From positions 113,380 through 136,493 of IMG/VR virus record IMGVR_UViG_3300028832_000101: a stretch of 23,114 nt of DNA; one strand, written 5' to 3'. Source of the stretch: a virus. Lineage: Duplodnaviria > Heunggongvirae > Uroviricota > Caudoviricetes. Under the pieces are notes generated by a model. It did not search any database. It saw only the letters and a list, made by a program, of their open reading frames with translations, and was not told the DNA's origin. A program made the position numbers and the translations under genes. Shown here one piece after another: positions 1-8,822 of the stretch (positions within the stretch are counted from its first letter, which is position 1; each line of letters begins with the position of its first letter).

Positions 1-1014
1 AGATTTTTCAGTTTCAGATAAACCTTGACTAGCAACAGTACTAACTGCTTTAAAGTTTCCAACATTACTTAAACCAACATCTGATTTAGTTAATGCATCT
101 CCTATAACAACATGTCCAGATGAATCTTTTCCTACTTTAACTGCGGCAGCCGCTACAGCATCTACAGTAGGATGTGTATAAACAGTAGTTTCATTTCCAT
201 TAATTTTAATTTTTCCATTAGTTGAACTTGATTCAACTTTTGTTGCATCTGCCCTAGCATGAGCAGTTTGACTATGATCATAAGCTATTTTACCACGGTC
301 TCCACGGTAAGCTGTAGTATTTGTTTCTCCTAATGATAATGTTTCACTAATAACTATAAATGAAGTCCCACCCCATCTATAAGTTTTATCACTTGGTAAA
401 TCTACATAAATTTTTCCTGCTTCTCCAGGGATTTCTGTAGTATGAGTTTCTTCTTCGTAGAATTTATTATTATAATAATATCCTTCAATAACATCGTCAA
501 CATAACTTGGTAATTGTGAAGTTGGTACCTTACCAAATGAATCTAGTTCAGCAACTCCGCTATTTGCACCTTTATCGCTAGTAGCAATAGCTCCAACATC
601 TGCTGCAGTTAAACTAGATTTATAAGCTAAAGAACCTAGACCATGTACAGCAACTTCCGCTGAAGTTCCATTAGTATTTACACTAATAGTTCCATTAGTT
701 GCACCTTCTGATACTCCACGAACTCCTTTATTACTAATTACATCATTAGTAATATCAATCCCAGCTCCGGCTGTATATGAAGCTCCCGCATCAATAGTAA
801 ATGTACCTGTTGTTCCATCTGCTCTAGTAAAAGTTACAGTACTTCCGGATACAGAGAAACTAACAACAGAATCTCCAGATACTAATATTCTTTGGGATGA
901 ACTAATATCAAAATAAAGTTTTTTAGTGTCAGTGACTAATATTAATTGCCCTTCTTTAATCGATAAGGAAGATAACCTTGCATTGGTTGTTTTGACTGGT
1001 TTAAAAAGTGCCAT
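1..1014 (-). CDS. Tail fibre protein (partial, runs off the left edge; missing from the ORF track)
   Basis: ATG at 1014 preceded by AGGAGG; open for 338 codons to the edge (MALFKPVKTTNARLSSLSIKEGQLILVTDTKKLYFD...). Contains GVAELDSFGKVPTSQLPSYVDDVIEG...GKIYVDLPSDKTYRWGG...SLGETNTTAYRGDRGKIAYDHSQ, a block I recognise from phage tail fibres. Confidence 0.8.
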   Translation of the reverse strand, partial: MALFKPVKTTNARLSSLSIKEGQLILVTDTKKLYFDISSSQRILVSGDSVVSFSVSGSTVTFTRADGTTGTFTIDAGASYTAGAGIDITNDVISNKGVRGVSEGATNGTISVNTNGTSAEVAVHGLGSLAYKSSLTAADVGAIATSDKGANSGVAELDSFGKVPTSQLPSYVDDVIEGYYYNNKFYEEETHTTEIPGEAGKIYVDLPSDKTYRWGGTSFIVISETLSLGETNTTAYRGDRGKIAYDHSQTAHARADATKVESSSTNGKIKINGNETTVYTHPTVDAVAAAAVKVGKDSSGHVVIGDALTKSDVGLSNVGNFKAVSTVASQGLSETEKS

Positions 1015-1029
1015 ATATAATTCCTCCTT

Positions 1030-1080
1030 CTTCTAAATCTATATTAAAATCGTCCATTTTATATTATCTATTTTAGCCCA
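1030..1080 (-). promoter_or_regulatory. Putative phage late promoter motif, copy 1
   Basis: TGGGCT-N18-TGGAC-N10-TAGATTTAGAAG; aligns without gaps to 8292..8342 (35/51 identical by hand count). Lies between a terminator and an RBS. Confidence 0.5.
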
Positions 1081-1115
1081 AATAAAAAAATAGGTAGTCA
1101 CTTAACTACCTATTT
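1081..1115 (-). terminator. Intrinsic terminator after the 330-aa gene
   Basis: Perfect 11-bp stem 1088-1098/1105-1115, 6-nt loop, followed on the minus strand by a U-rich tract. Confidence 0.85.
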
Positions 1116-1132
1116 ATATTTTATTTAAACTC

Positions 1133-2125
1133 TTAAGATAAAGTTTCCCATTCAAGTAAATGTTCTGCGTAAGCTCTACCACCATATACTGTAATATTAT
1201 TATAAGTATCGCTTGAAGTACCTAATACATTTGCAGCAGCACCAGCTGGATCAAAATCACTTGCACTTGCATAAGCAGCTGAATCTAATCCATGAACTGC
1301 AACATCAGTACCATCAACAGAAATTGTACCATTTGTAGAACCTTCAGTAATGTCTGCGGCTTGTAATGCGCTATCAGCTTTACCTAAACTAGTATTAACT
1401 CCAGTACTTAATTCAGTTGTTCCAATTGAACCTGCAACAATAGTAGCACTAATAACATTACTACTATCAATAGCTAATTGAACTTGAGTAGCATTTTGTT
1501 GAGCAGTATATACATCAACTAAGTCTTTTGCAGCAATATAAATTGTATCACTTGCTGCATTAGCAATAATTAATTTAATATATTTACCAGCATCTGCGGC
1601 TGTAGCTGTTCCACCTTGGCCTTTAATTTTTTCAGTTACATCTGTTGCACCATCATATAATTTACCATTATCATATGTAATATCAACTACAGAACCTTCT
1701 TCTACTACCATATCTTTAGGAATATCAATATTTCCAATAGTAGTTTGACTACCTGAAGCACCTTGTTTAACTTGATATCTCTTAGAATAAACATCTCCAG
1801 CTCCACCAGATATTTCAGTAATTGAAACTGTATAATCAGTTTGTGCAGGAACATTAACATAAAGACCTTCTTCTCCAGCTCCTGTTTCTACACTTAAGCA
1901 GTTTCCTGTTTTAGCAGAAACTTGAACTGCAACTTCATTATGGTCTGTTACAGTAATCGAATCATCCCCTGCAATAACATCGGTTAAATAAGGAGATAAA
2001 TCTTCATTAGATAGCTCGATGCCTTTTAAGAAGAATTGATTAGTGTCTGTTAAATAGTAGAAATTATCTGCTTTATTTGTAATAGCATCATATTGTGCTT
2101 TAGTACATTTTATAAATTTAATCAT
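1133..2125 (-). CDS. Virion structural / fibre-associated protein, 330 aa
   Basis: Intact ORF with RBS (GAAAGGAAGA) and TAA stop. Rich in G/T/A/S. Shares EGxTNGTISV...VAVHGLxSxAY with the fibre at 1..1014. Confidence 0.7.
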   Translation of the reverse strand: MIKFIKCTKAQYDAITNKADNFYYLTDTNQFFLKGIELSNEDLSPYLTDVIAGDDSITVTDHNEVAVQVSAKTGNCLSVETGAGEEGLYVNVPAQTDYTVSITEISGGAGDVYSKRYQVKQGASGSQTTIGNIDIPKDMVVEEGSVVDITYDNGKLYDGATDVTEKIKGQGGTATAADAGKYIKLIIANAASDTIYIAAKDLVDVYTAQQNATQVQLAIDSSNVISATIVAGSIGTTELSTGVNTSLGKADSALQAADITEGSTNGTISVDGTDVAVHGLDSAAYASASDFDPAGAAANVLGTSSDTYNNITVYGGRAYAEHLLEWETLS

Positions 2126-2144
2126 ATTTTTCTTCCTTTCTTAA

Positions 2145-2591
2145 TTAAATACTTTGATCTCCCATATCTTCTCAATTTAATTCTGTTCCCCCAACAGTAA
2201 GATAGTCTTGGAGATCATCGTTCCAACGATAAAAGTCTCTGTCTTTAACATAAATAGTGTTATCGACTCCCTCTTCAGGTAGACCTTCATCTGCAAAGAC
2301 TACCAATGGGTCTTCTCCTGTAAGTTGATGTCATTCATTATTAAAATAACTTCAAAATACACTTTCTTGTTTTGTATAATAGAAACCTTCAATAGGCGAA
2401 ATCATGGCTTTACGTACTTCATCATTTAACAATATCATGATTTGCGCATATAATTGTCTTTGACTATGTACATCTAGAAAAATTTGTCTAGTATCTTGAA
2501 CAAAGAGTAATTGACCATCTTTAATTGGGATACTATTTATTTTTCCAGAATTTGTAGCAATAAATTTCATAGAAGGATTTACTGTTGCCAT
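2145..2591 (-). CDS. Fibre-cluster protein, 148 aa under code 4 (3 in-frame TGA)
   Basis: ATG 2591 with an RBS-like purine tract. Reading TGA at 2352, 2331 and 2172 as Trp gives ...ESVFWSYFNNEWHQLTGEDPLVVFADEGLPEEGVDNTIYVKDRDFYRWNDDLQDYLTVGGTELNWEDMGDQSI ending at TAA 2145-2147, just before the next RBS. N-terminus resembles that of the 1..1014 fibre. Confidence 0.85.
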
Positions 2592-2605
2592 CTTCTTCAC
2601 CCTTC

Positions 2606-2956
2606 CTATTCAATTATATATAAAACAAGACTTCCTGTCATTTCAGTAATAATTTCTTGTTCCATTTCATATTTATCTTGTTCTGTAAAATAATCTATTC
2701 CTTTTACGGGGATAGGAATATAACCAGCATCTATTTCAGTGTGGTCAGACATTTTACAGAATAAGTGTCTACTCTCTTGGTCTAATTTGACATCGACAAT
2801 AGACACTCCATCTGCAGGAGTAGGAAAATGTATATCTACGGAATTCCCATCATTAGTAATAATTGTAAGGGTAGTTCCATCAACAATCATATCCGCAATA
2901 CCAGAAACTGCGGAAGTTGCTATTTTCTTACATAACGCATATGTAATTATATCCAT
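2606..2956 (-). CDS. Hypothetical structural/accessory protein, 116 aa
   Basis: AGGAGG RBS, TAG stop. N-terminus MDIITYAL is identical to that of the 443-aa gene. Confidence 0.75.
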   Translation of the reverse strand: MDIITYALCKKIATSAVSGIADMIVDGTTLTIITNDGNSVDIHFPTPADGVSIVDVKLDQESRHLFCKMSDHTEIDAGYIPIPVKGIDYFTEQDKYEMEQEIITEMTGSLVLYIIE

Positions 2957-2983
2957 ATATATTTCCTCCTCAATTATTTTTTA

Positions 2984-3784
2984 TTATTTTGTATATGTAA
3001 CCCACACATTATAAGTATAAATACCTGCATTGGCACTTTCCATAAATAAATTTGCATTATAAGTTGTGCCAGATTTTAATAAATAAACTGCGGCAGTAGT
3101 ATCAAATACTCCAGCATTTGCAGTTACATTCATGCAAGTGTATGGAACTGGACAAGTCCAGCTTTCACTAGGAGTAACAATATGTCCACCTTGAGCAATA
3201 ATATTAGAACATTTAGAAGCTAAAGGAATATCTTGTCTTACTTTTGAAGTAAGAGTTGTTGTTCCAGTAGCATGATATCCATAAACACCATTTCCGAAAT
3301 AAATTTCTTCATTTTCAGGCCATGTGTTTGGGAAATTAATATCATAGCATCCAGGTATTGTTATTGCACTATTTTTAGCATCTGTTTCTTTCGTATATTG
3401 AATAATTGCTAAATCATAAGTTCCTGGTTGTAAGAATTTTAATTCTATACTAGAACCATTAACAGTTCCGCTAGCAGGGCAAAAATCTTTATCAGATTTT
3501 AATGTAACAGAGATTATTTCATCTAAGCCATTAATATATGTATTTAAACCAGCTGTTAAATATTTTTCTCCTTGCCATTCACCAGTAATACTAGTTAGTA
3601 CAACTTTTTGATATAATGGTTTACCATTAATCCAAACTCCGATTATTTTTTCATCTTCTGTGTAAAAATCACTCACATTAGTTTTTAATGCTAAATTCGC
3701 ACCTAAATAAGGAGCAATTTTTTCTGAATATAATGTTTTTATATCTCCCTTAGTAACTAAGGTATTATCATTTTGTATAGCCAT
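2984..3784 (-). CDS. Putative receptor-binding/fibre accessory protein with two ...YTK-ending domains, 266 aa
   Basis: AGGAGG RBS, TAA stop. YTEDEKIIGVWINGKPLYQK motif is shared with the neighbouring gene. Confidence 0.65.
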   Translation of the reverse strand: MAIQNDNTLVTKGDIKTLYSEKIAPYLGANLALKTNVSDFYTEDEKIIGVWINGKPLYQKVVLTSITGEWQGEKYLTAGLNTYINGLDEIISVTLKSDKDFCPASGTVNGSSIELKFLQPGTYDLAIIQYTKETDAKNSAITIPGCYDINFPNTWPENEEIYFGNGVYGYHATGTTTLTSKVRQDIPLASKCSNIIAQGGHIVTPSESWTCPVPYTCMNVTANAGVFDTTAAVYLLKSGTTYNANLFMESANAGIYTYNVWVTYTK

Positions 3785-3801
3785 TCTAATTCCTCCTTAT
3801 T

Positions 3802-4641
3802 TTAATTTTCTAATTTTGTATATTGAATAGTTAAATAGAAACTATTTCTTTCTTGATCTGCTTGTAATAATCTTAATTTGCCTTTTGCAGTATAAGGAAT
3901 TGCATAAGAACTAGCATCTAAATAATAAGATGGAGTACCATATCCTTCTCCATAATATCTAGCTCCTCTTATATCAATTACTTTATCACAATTATTTGGT
4001 AAATCTCCAATAATGATATCAGACTCAGCTGATGCTGGTACTGTAAAGTCATAAGTTTTTTGATAAACAGGTTTTCCATCAATCCATCTACCTATAACTT
4101 GTTCTTCAGTTGAATAATTTAAACCATTTCCCATTAATACAGGAGTAGGTAATCCAACTTTTACAATATCATTAATAGAATCTGCAGATAAACCAATTCC
4201 TGAAATAACTGTTTTTTCACTTTCTTCATCATCTACAACTTTTAATCCTGTAAATTGTACAACAGGTTCTTGTACAAATGAAGTCCCAGCGCCATTTTGA
4301 ATTGAATGTCCTGGAGTAACAGTCTTCCATTCTACGTCTTGGTCTGCACTACTTTTCTTTACAAGAGCTTGTCCTGCAGTTCCTCCTATTGGAAATTGTG
4401 CATCTTGAGCTCCTGCTCCTAATTCTTCCCAGTTTGAGATAACAGTTGGATCGTTGCCAATTAAATGATAGACTTTATTTTCATTTTGAACTGAAACTAT
4501 CATTCCTTTATAGAAATATGGGAATGAATTTGCATCAGTTAATTCAGTCATAGATTTAACTAACATTCTTGCGTCTAGAGGAGCAGCAGCATTATTTTCG
4601 ATATTACTACTTAAAGTAAATGTACCTTTTTGTCTTGCCAT
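3802..4641 (-). CDS. Fibre/accessory structural protein, 279 aa
   Basis: AGGAGG RBS. N-terminal RQKG..PLDAR domain, GGTAGQALVKKSSADQDVEW fibre-type motif, C-terminal YSTEEQVIGRWIDGKPVYQK...QYTK domain. Confidence 0.7.
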   Translation of the reverse strand: MARQKGTFTLSSNIENNAAAPLDARMLVKSMTELTDANSFPYFYKGMIVSVQNENKVYHLIGNDPTVISNWEELGAGAQDAQFPIGGTAGQALVKKSSADQDVEWKTVTPGHSIQNGAGTSFVQEPVVQFTGLKVVDDEESEKTVISGIGLSADSINDIVKVGLPTPVLMGNGLNYSTEEQVIGRWIDGKPVYQKTYDFTVPASAESDIIIGDLPNNCDKVIDIRGARYYGEGYGTPSYYLDASSYAIPYTAKGKLRLLQADQERNSFYLTIQYTKLEN

Positions 4642-4656
4642 AATCTATTCCTCCTT

Positions 4657-6717
4657 TTAATTCCAAGTAATTTGTATTTTTCTACTACCAGCGCTATAAC
4701 CACGATTATCTGTATATCTGTTATAATTTACTGAAGTATTAGCAGCATTTTTATGTGTTGTAATTGTTTTTGTAAATTCGTTAGAACAATCTTCATATTT
4801 TCCTGATAATTCATTATAAGCTTTAATTGAAGTAATTGTCCAATCTGCAGGGATATCAAATTGTTCTGGGTTTAAAACTGTTTGAGTTGGGAATTCAAAA
4901 GTATAAACTCCTGTCGTTTTACTAACTAAATTTAATTTAGCTATAGTAGTAATATTTCCAGTATTAGCCCAAATTGCATTTACGAATTCATAATTTATAG
5001 TATTAGAATCTACAGAACCTGCAGCAAGTGGTTTATCATAATTATTTCCTTCACTATCCTTAGGTTGTTCTCCAGATGCATAATTAACAGTTGCGGTAAA
5101 TGATTTAGGACCTGAACCAATAATAGTTTGAGTCCAAGAATTTCCCGATTGAGCAGTTCCGCTATTTAATTTATAACCTGCAGCTACACCAGAACGATGT
5201 CCTGAAGTTCCATAAGTTGGATCAATAGATCCTCTATCAAATGCACAAGTAAATGTAACTGATAAAGAACCACCATCTTCAATAATATTATTTGAAGGAT
5301 TTGCAGTTAATTTAGCACTTGGATCTGTAAATGTTGGATAAAGAACTGGATCTAAAATTGCTCTAAATAAAGTTTCAAAAGAAGTTCCTGCTACGAAGAT
5401 ATCTCCGCGTTTAACTCCACCTACATCTTTAGATGCTTTTAAATCTGCAACAAGTTCTCCGCCTTCATCTTTACTTCCAGTTATTGTCATTGTAGTAACA
5501 ATTAATTCTTTATTTGAATTATTAATTGCAGTTACTTTACCAATAGTTCCTTCTGCATCATAAATTAAAGTTTCATTTAATACAATTTTATTAATATCAA
5601 TTCCTGCTACACTATTGATTGCAATAGTAGTAGTTTCATTTATAGTAGTATTTAATAATTCAGAAGTAATATATGTTCCATCTGATTTTTCTCCTACTAT
5701 AGTTGTAGTTGTTACAATTAGGTTTCCGCCTGAATGATTAGTAACAACACCCATTGTACCAGCGGCGTCATAAATTAAAGTTTCTCCAATTACGATATCC
5801 GCAGGTGTTAAATCTATTACTTCATCTTCAGCAATAGTAGTTGTTCCATCTATTGTTGTATTTAAAGTATTAGTTGTTTTATAAGTACCATCAGTTTTTT
5901 CTCCTGCAAAACTAATTGTAGTTGCAGTTAAAGTACCATTATTCTCTGCAGTAATAACTGCAATAGTACCAGCATTATCATAAACTAGAGTTTCATTTAA
6001 AACTAAATTAGCAATAGTTAATCCTGCAATAGAAGTATTTCCGCCAATAGTTGTAGATAATGTTGTATCTGTTTTATAAGTTCCATCTGATTTTGTATCA
6101 GTTGTAATTGTTTCAATAGTTAAAGAAGTTCCATTTTTTCCTGTAATAACACCAACTTTATCATTACCATCAAATACAAAAGTCTTACCTAGAACAATGT
6201 CATCTGCTGTTGCGGCAATGGCATTATTGTCTGATCTTTTTAAATTTGAAATAGTAATTGTTGTTGTTCCACTTGCATTTAAATCTGCAGTAGATTTCCA
6301 AGAATAAGTACTTCTATCTGGAGTTCCTAAAGCAACCCAGTCTAAATTATTATAATAATAATTTGTTTGTTCTGCAGCAACATAATACATGTCTCCTTCT
6401 TGAATTCCTGTTTTAGGTAATTTAGACATGTCTGCAACTACACCTTTATAAATTAATGCTCCTTCAATTGAGCCAGTAGTAACAGCTTTCCAATTTGAAA
6501 GATTACTATAATCATCAGCTGTTAAAATATATAAAGTTCCTTCTGAAATAACATAAACTTGCATACCTTTATAGATAAAGGCTAGTCCGTCTGAAACCCA
6601 AGACTTTGAGTCTGTTAAATCAGCTAAAGTTGGAACTGTATATCTAGCATCTAAAGGTAAAGCAGTTTTTACTTCAAAGTTAGCACTAACGTTCATTGTA
6701 CCTTTTTGTCTTGACAT
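4657..6717 (-). CDS. Fibre/accessory structural protein with internal tandem repeats, 686 aa
   Basis: AGGAGG RBS. PLDAR N-domain, four Thr-rich repeats, and a C-terminal ~250-aa domain paralogous to the 443-aa gene. Confidence 0.75.
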   Translation of the reverse strand: MSRQKGTMNVSANFEVKTALPLDARYTVPTLADLTDSKSWVSDGLAFIYKGMQVYVISEGTLYILTADDYSNLSNWKAVTTGSIEGALIYKGVVADMSKLPKTGIQEGDMYYVAAEQTNYYYNNLDWVALGTPDRSTYSWKSTADLNASGTTTITISNLKRSDNNAIAATADDIVLGKTFVFDGNDKVGVITGKNGTSLTIETITTDTKSDGTYKTDTTLSTTIGGNTSIAGLTIANLVLNETLVYDNAGTIAVITAENNGTLTATTISFAGEKTDGTYKTTNTLNTTIDGTTTIAEDEVIDLTPADIVIGETLIYDAAGTMGVVTNHSGGNLIVTTTTIVGEKSDGTYITSELLNTTINETTTIAINSVAGIDINKIVLNETLIYDAEGTIGKVTAINNSNKELIVTTMTITGSKDEGGELVADLKASKDVGGVKRGDIFVAGTSFETLFRAILDPVLYPTFTDPSAKLTANPSNNIIEDGGSLSVTFTCAFDRGSIDPTYGTSGHRSGVAAGYKLNSGTAQSGNSWTQTIIGSGPKSFTATVNYASGEQPKDSEGNNYDKPLAAGSVDSNTINYEFVNAIWANTGNITTIAKLNLVSKTTGVYTFEFPTQTVLNPEQFDIPADWTITSIKAYNELSGKYEDCSNEFTKTITTHKNAANTSVNYNRYTDNRGYSAGSRKIQITWN
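5470..6315 (-). repeat. Protein-level tandem repeats of about 65-76 aa (three clear, one degenerate)
   Basis: Units begin DGTY at aa 211, 276 and 346, with a consensus like DGTYxTxxxLxTTIxxxTxI...xVLNETLxYDxxGTxxxxT...LxxTTxxxxGEK. A degenerate unit spans aa 135-210. Confidence 0.85.
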
Positions 6718-6730
6718 ATATTATTCCTCC

Positions 6731-8062
6731 TTAATTGAATTGAATTCTAACCTTTCTATCTCCAGCAGCACAAGCTCTGTTATCAGTATATCTTACGTAG
6801 TTAACAGTTTCTCCGCCTGCATTTTGATGTGTAGTACTAGATGTTGTAAATTCACTAGCACAATTTTCCCATTGATTATTTATTGTATTTAACATTTCAA
6901 TAGCAGTAATATTCCAATCACTTGGAACTTCAAATATTTCAGGATGTTCAATAGATTGAGCTGGGAACTCAAATACATAACTTCCAGAACCTTTACTAAT
7001 TAAATTTAATTTAGCAACATTTGAAATATCTGCTGTGTTTGCATATAATGCATTTACAAATTCATAATAAATTTGATTTGTTGTTAAAGAACCTGCAGCT
7101 AATGGTGTTTCATAATTGCCGCCTTCATCATCTAAAGGTTGTTCACCTTGAGCATAATAAACAGTAGCATAGAAAGGACCTTTATTAGTGTCACTTACTG
7201 TTCTAGTAAATGTATTTTCTGCTTGTTCATTTCCTCCATTTAATTTATATCCTGTTGCAGCACCTGCTCTGTAACCAGATGTTCCATATGCTGGATTAAT
7301 AGAGCCACGATCAAAAGTAGCAGTGAAAGTTGCGTTAATAGTTTGACCACATTCAGCTAACTTATCTCCTGTTCCTTCTAAAGTTGCGCTAGGATTAGTT
7401 AAAGTAGGATAATTTGTTTTTAATAGCATATTGATTACAATTTCTTCTAATGATGTGCCTTTTGGGATTACTGTTCCAACTACATATTTTCCTTGCTCAC
7501 ATTTAACAGTTATATCTCTACTAAGTGGGATATTTGGTAAAGAACGATAATCTGCATCAGCAGAACTCCATGCTTTAAATTCATTTGTATCTTTAATAGC
7601 ATATAGAGTATTTTCTTGTCCTATCGCAGGTAATTCATTTTCACTTGCAACTTGCTTAAATGATTCAACATTTGCGTCCATGACAGTTTTAACAGTAACT
7701 TTTGTACTTTGACTTGAAATAATTAAACCTTGTATTGCATTTATACCAATAACTTCTGAGCCTTCTGAATAAGCAACAGTTGGAGCAATTACTTCAACTA
7801 AGTCTGTTTTGTTAATATCAATAGTTTGTCCTAATGTAGTAGGTAAACTAGTAGATGTTGTATATACACCAGATCTACCTGCTGTACCCACAGCAATATA
7901 GTTTTCAGTTGATTCGTCCCAATAATAAGTTTGACCTGTATCTTTTGTAAGATATAGAGCGCCAATACCGCCCTTTTCAGGAAGGTCATCATAAGAATTT
8001 ACTTGCGTCAATCTGTTTCGATTTGAATAGCTTTTGCTAAGTGCGTAAGTAATTATATCCAT
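6731..8062 (-). CDS. Fibre/accessory structural protein, 443 aa
   Basis: GAGGTG RBS. Two short LPxxG..LYxxKDT..W motifs; C-terminal domain (FDRGSIxPxYGTSG...GEQPxDxEGxNY...YEFVNA...RYTDNR) paralogous to the 686-aa gene. Confidence 0.75.
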   Translation of the reverse strand: MDIITYALSKSYSNRNRLTQVNSYDDLPEKGGIGALYLTKDTGQTYYWDESTENYIAVGTAGRSGVYTTSTSLPTTLGQTIDINKTDLVEVIAPTVAYSEGSEVIGINAIQGLIISSQSTKVTVKTVMDANVESFKQVASENELPAIGQENTLYAIKDTNEFKAWSSADADYRSLPNIPLSRDITVKCEQGKYVVGTVIPKGTSLEEIVINMLLKTNYPTLTNPSATLEGTGDKLAECGQTINATFTATFDRGSINPAYGTSGYRAGAATGYKLNGGNEQAENTFTRTVSDTNKGPFYATVYYAQGEQPLDDEGGNYETPLAAGSLTTNQIYYEFVNALYANTADISNVAKLNLISKGSGSYVFEFPAQSIEHPEIFEVPSDWNITAIEMLNTINNQWENCASEFTTSSTTHQNAGGETVNYVRYTDNRACAAGDRKVRIQFN

Positions 8063-8087
8063 ATATTCACCCTCTTATCTTATAAAA

Positions 8088-8279
8088 TTATTGTTTTACC
8101 CATTCTTTGTTAGAGTTCAACATATACACATCAGCAGTCTCAATTACATAAACAACACTACCTGTACAAATATCTTTATAACTTGGGTCATCAAGTACAT
8201 AAGGTAATTCGTCAAGAGTGTCAATCATAATTTCAAAGTAATTATAATCTTGTCTACCACCTTGTCTTATTGTATACAT
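8088..8279 (-). CDS. Small phage protein, 63 aa
   Basis: AGGAGG RBS, TAA stop. DTLDELP...GSVVYVIETADVYMLNSNKEW resembles small tail-associated proteins of Bacillota phages (recognition only). Confidence 0.75.
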   Translation of the reverse strand: MYTIRQGGRQDYNYFEIMIDTLDELPYVLDDPSYKDICTGSVVYVIETADVYMLNSNKEWVKQ

Positions 8280-8291
8280 ATTTTATTCCTC

Positions 8292-8342
8292 CTTCTAAAT
8301 CTATGTAAATTTTATCCAAAATAAATTGACTTATTTCGGCCA
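8292..8342 (-). promoter_or_regulatory. Putative phage late promoter motif, copy 2
   Basis: TGGCCG-N18-TGGAT-N10-TAGATTTAGAAG with the same spacing as copy 1; begins right after the terminator U-tract. Confidence 0.5.
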
Positions 8343-8375
8343 CAAAAAAAAAGAACTAGAATTATTCTAGTTCTT
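8343..8375 (-). terminator. Intrinsic terminator overlapping the holin 3' end
   Basis: Perfect 11-bp stem 8351-8361/8365-8375. The 3-nt loop is the holin TAA stop. Followed by a run of U. Confidence 0.8.
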
Positions 8376-8808
8376 CTCCTTCATCGATATCTTCTGAATC
8401 TTCAATAAATCCTGTTATTAAAGCATTTGCAACTTTAACTTGCATTAATTCAATAATACCTTCTAAAGCTTTTTTGCCTTGAGTTACGATAACAGTGATA
8501 ACGATTCCTAATACTGCAGTAGCACTTAATACATCAAGTGTTTCTCCAGAAATTAATTCAATTCCACATTGAGCGGAAATCATATCATTAATGAATGGTA
8601 ACATAGTAAATGCTACAGAAATAAATACTGCGCAAAGATAGAATACTAAAGATTTTCCTAAACCTTTTAATAAAATACTCCAACTAAATGATTGTCCTTC
8701 ACTCATGTTTTTAATAATTCCGCAAATTGTATTCACAAATACTAAGATTGCTAAGACAATTCCTAACCAACCCATAATTTGTAAAATTGACATAATTTTA
8801 TCGTACAT
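8362..8808 (-). CDS. Holin (phage_holin_4-like), 148 aa
   Basis: Three hydrophobic segments, FSWSILLKGLGK motif, strongly acidic C-terminal tail, directly downstream of the endolysin. Confidence 0.8.
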   Translation of the reverse strand: MYDKIMSILQIMGWLGIVLAILVFVNTICGIIKNMSEGQSFSWSILLKGLGKSLVFYLCAVFISVAFTMLPFINDMISAQCGIELISGETLDVLSATAVLGIVITVIVTQGKKALEGIIELMQVKVANALITGFIEDSEDIDEGEELE

Positions 8809-8822
8809 GTTCTTCTCTCCTT

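Noticed and set aside
8791-8808. Holin dual-start motif (MYDKIM)
   Set aside because: The second Met has no RBS and the extension has no net positive charge.
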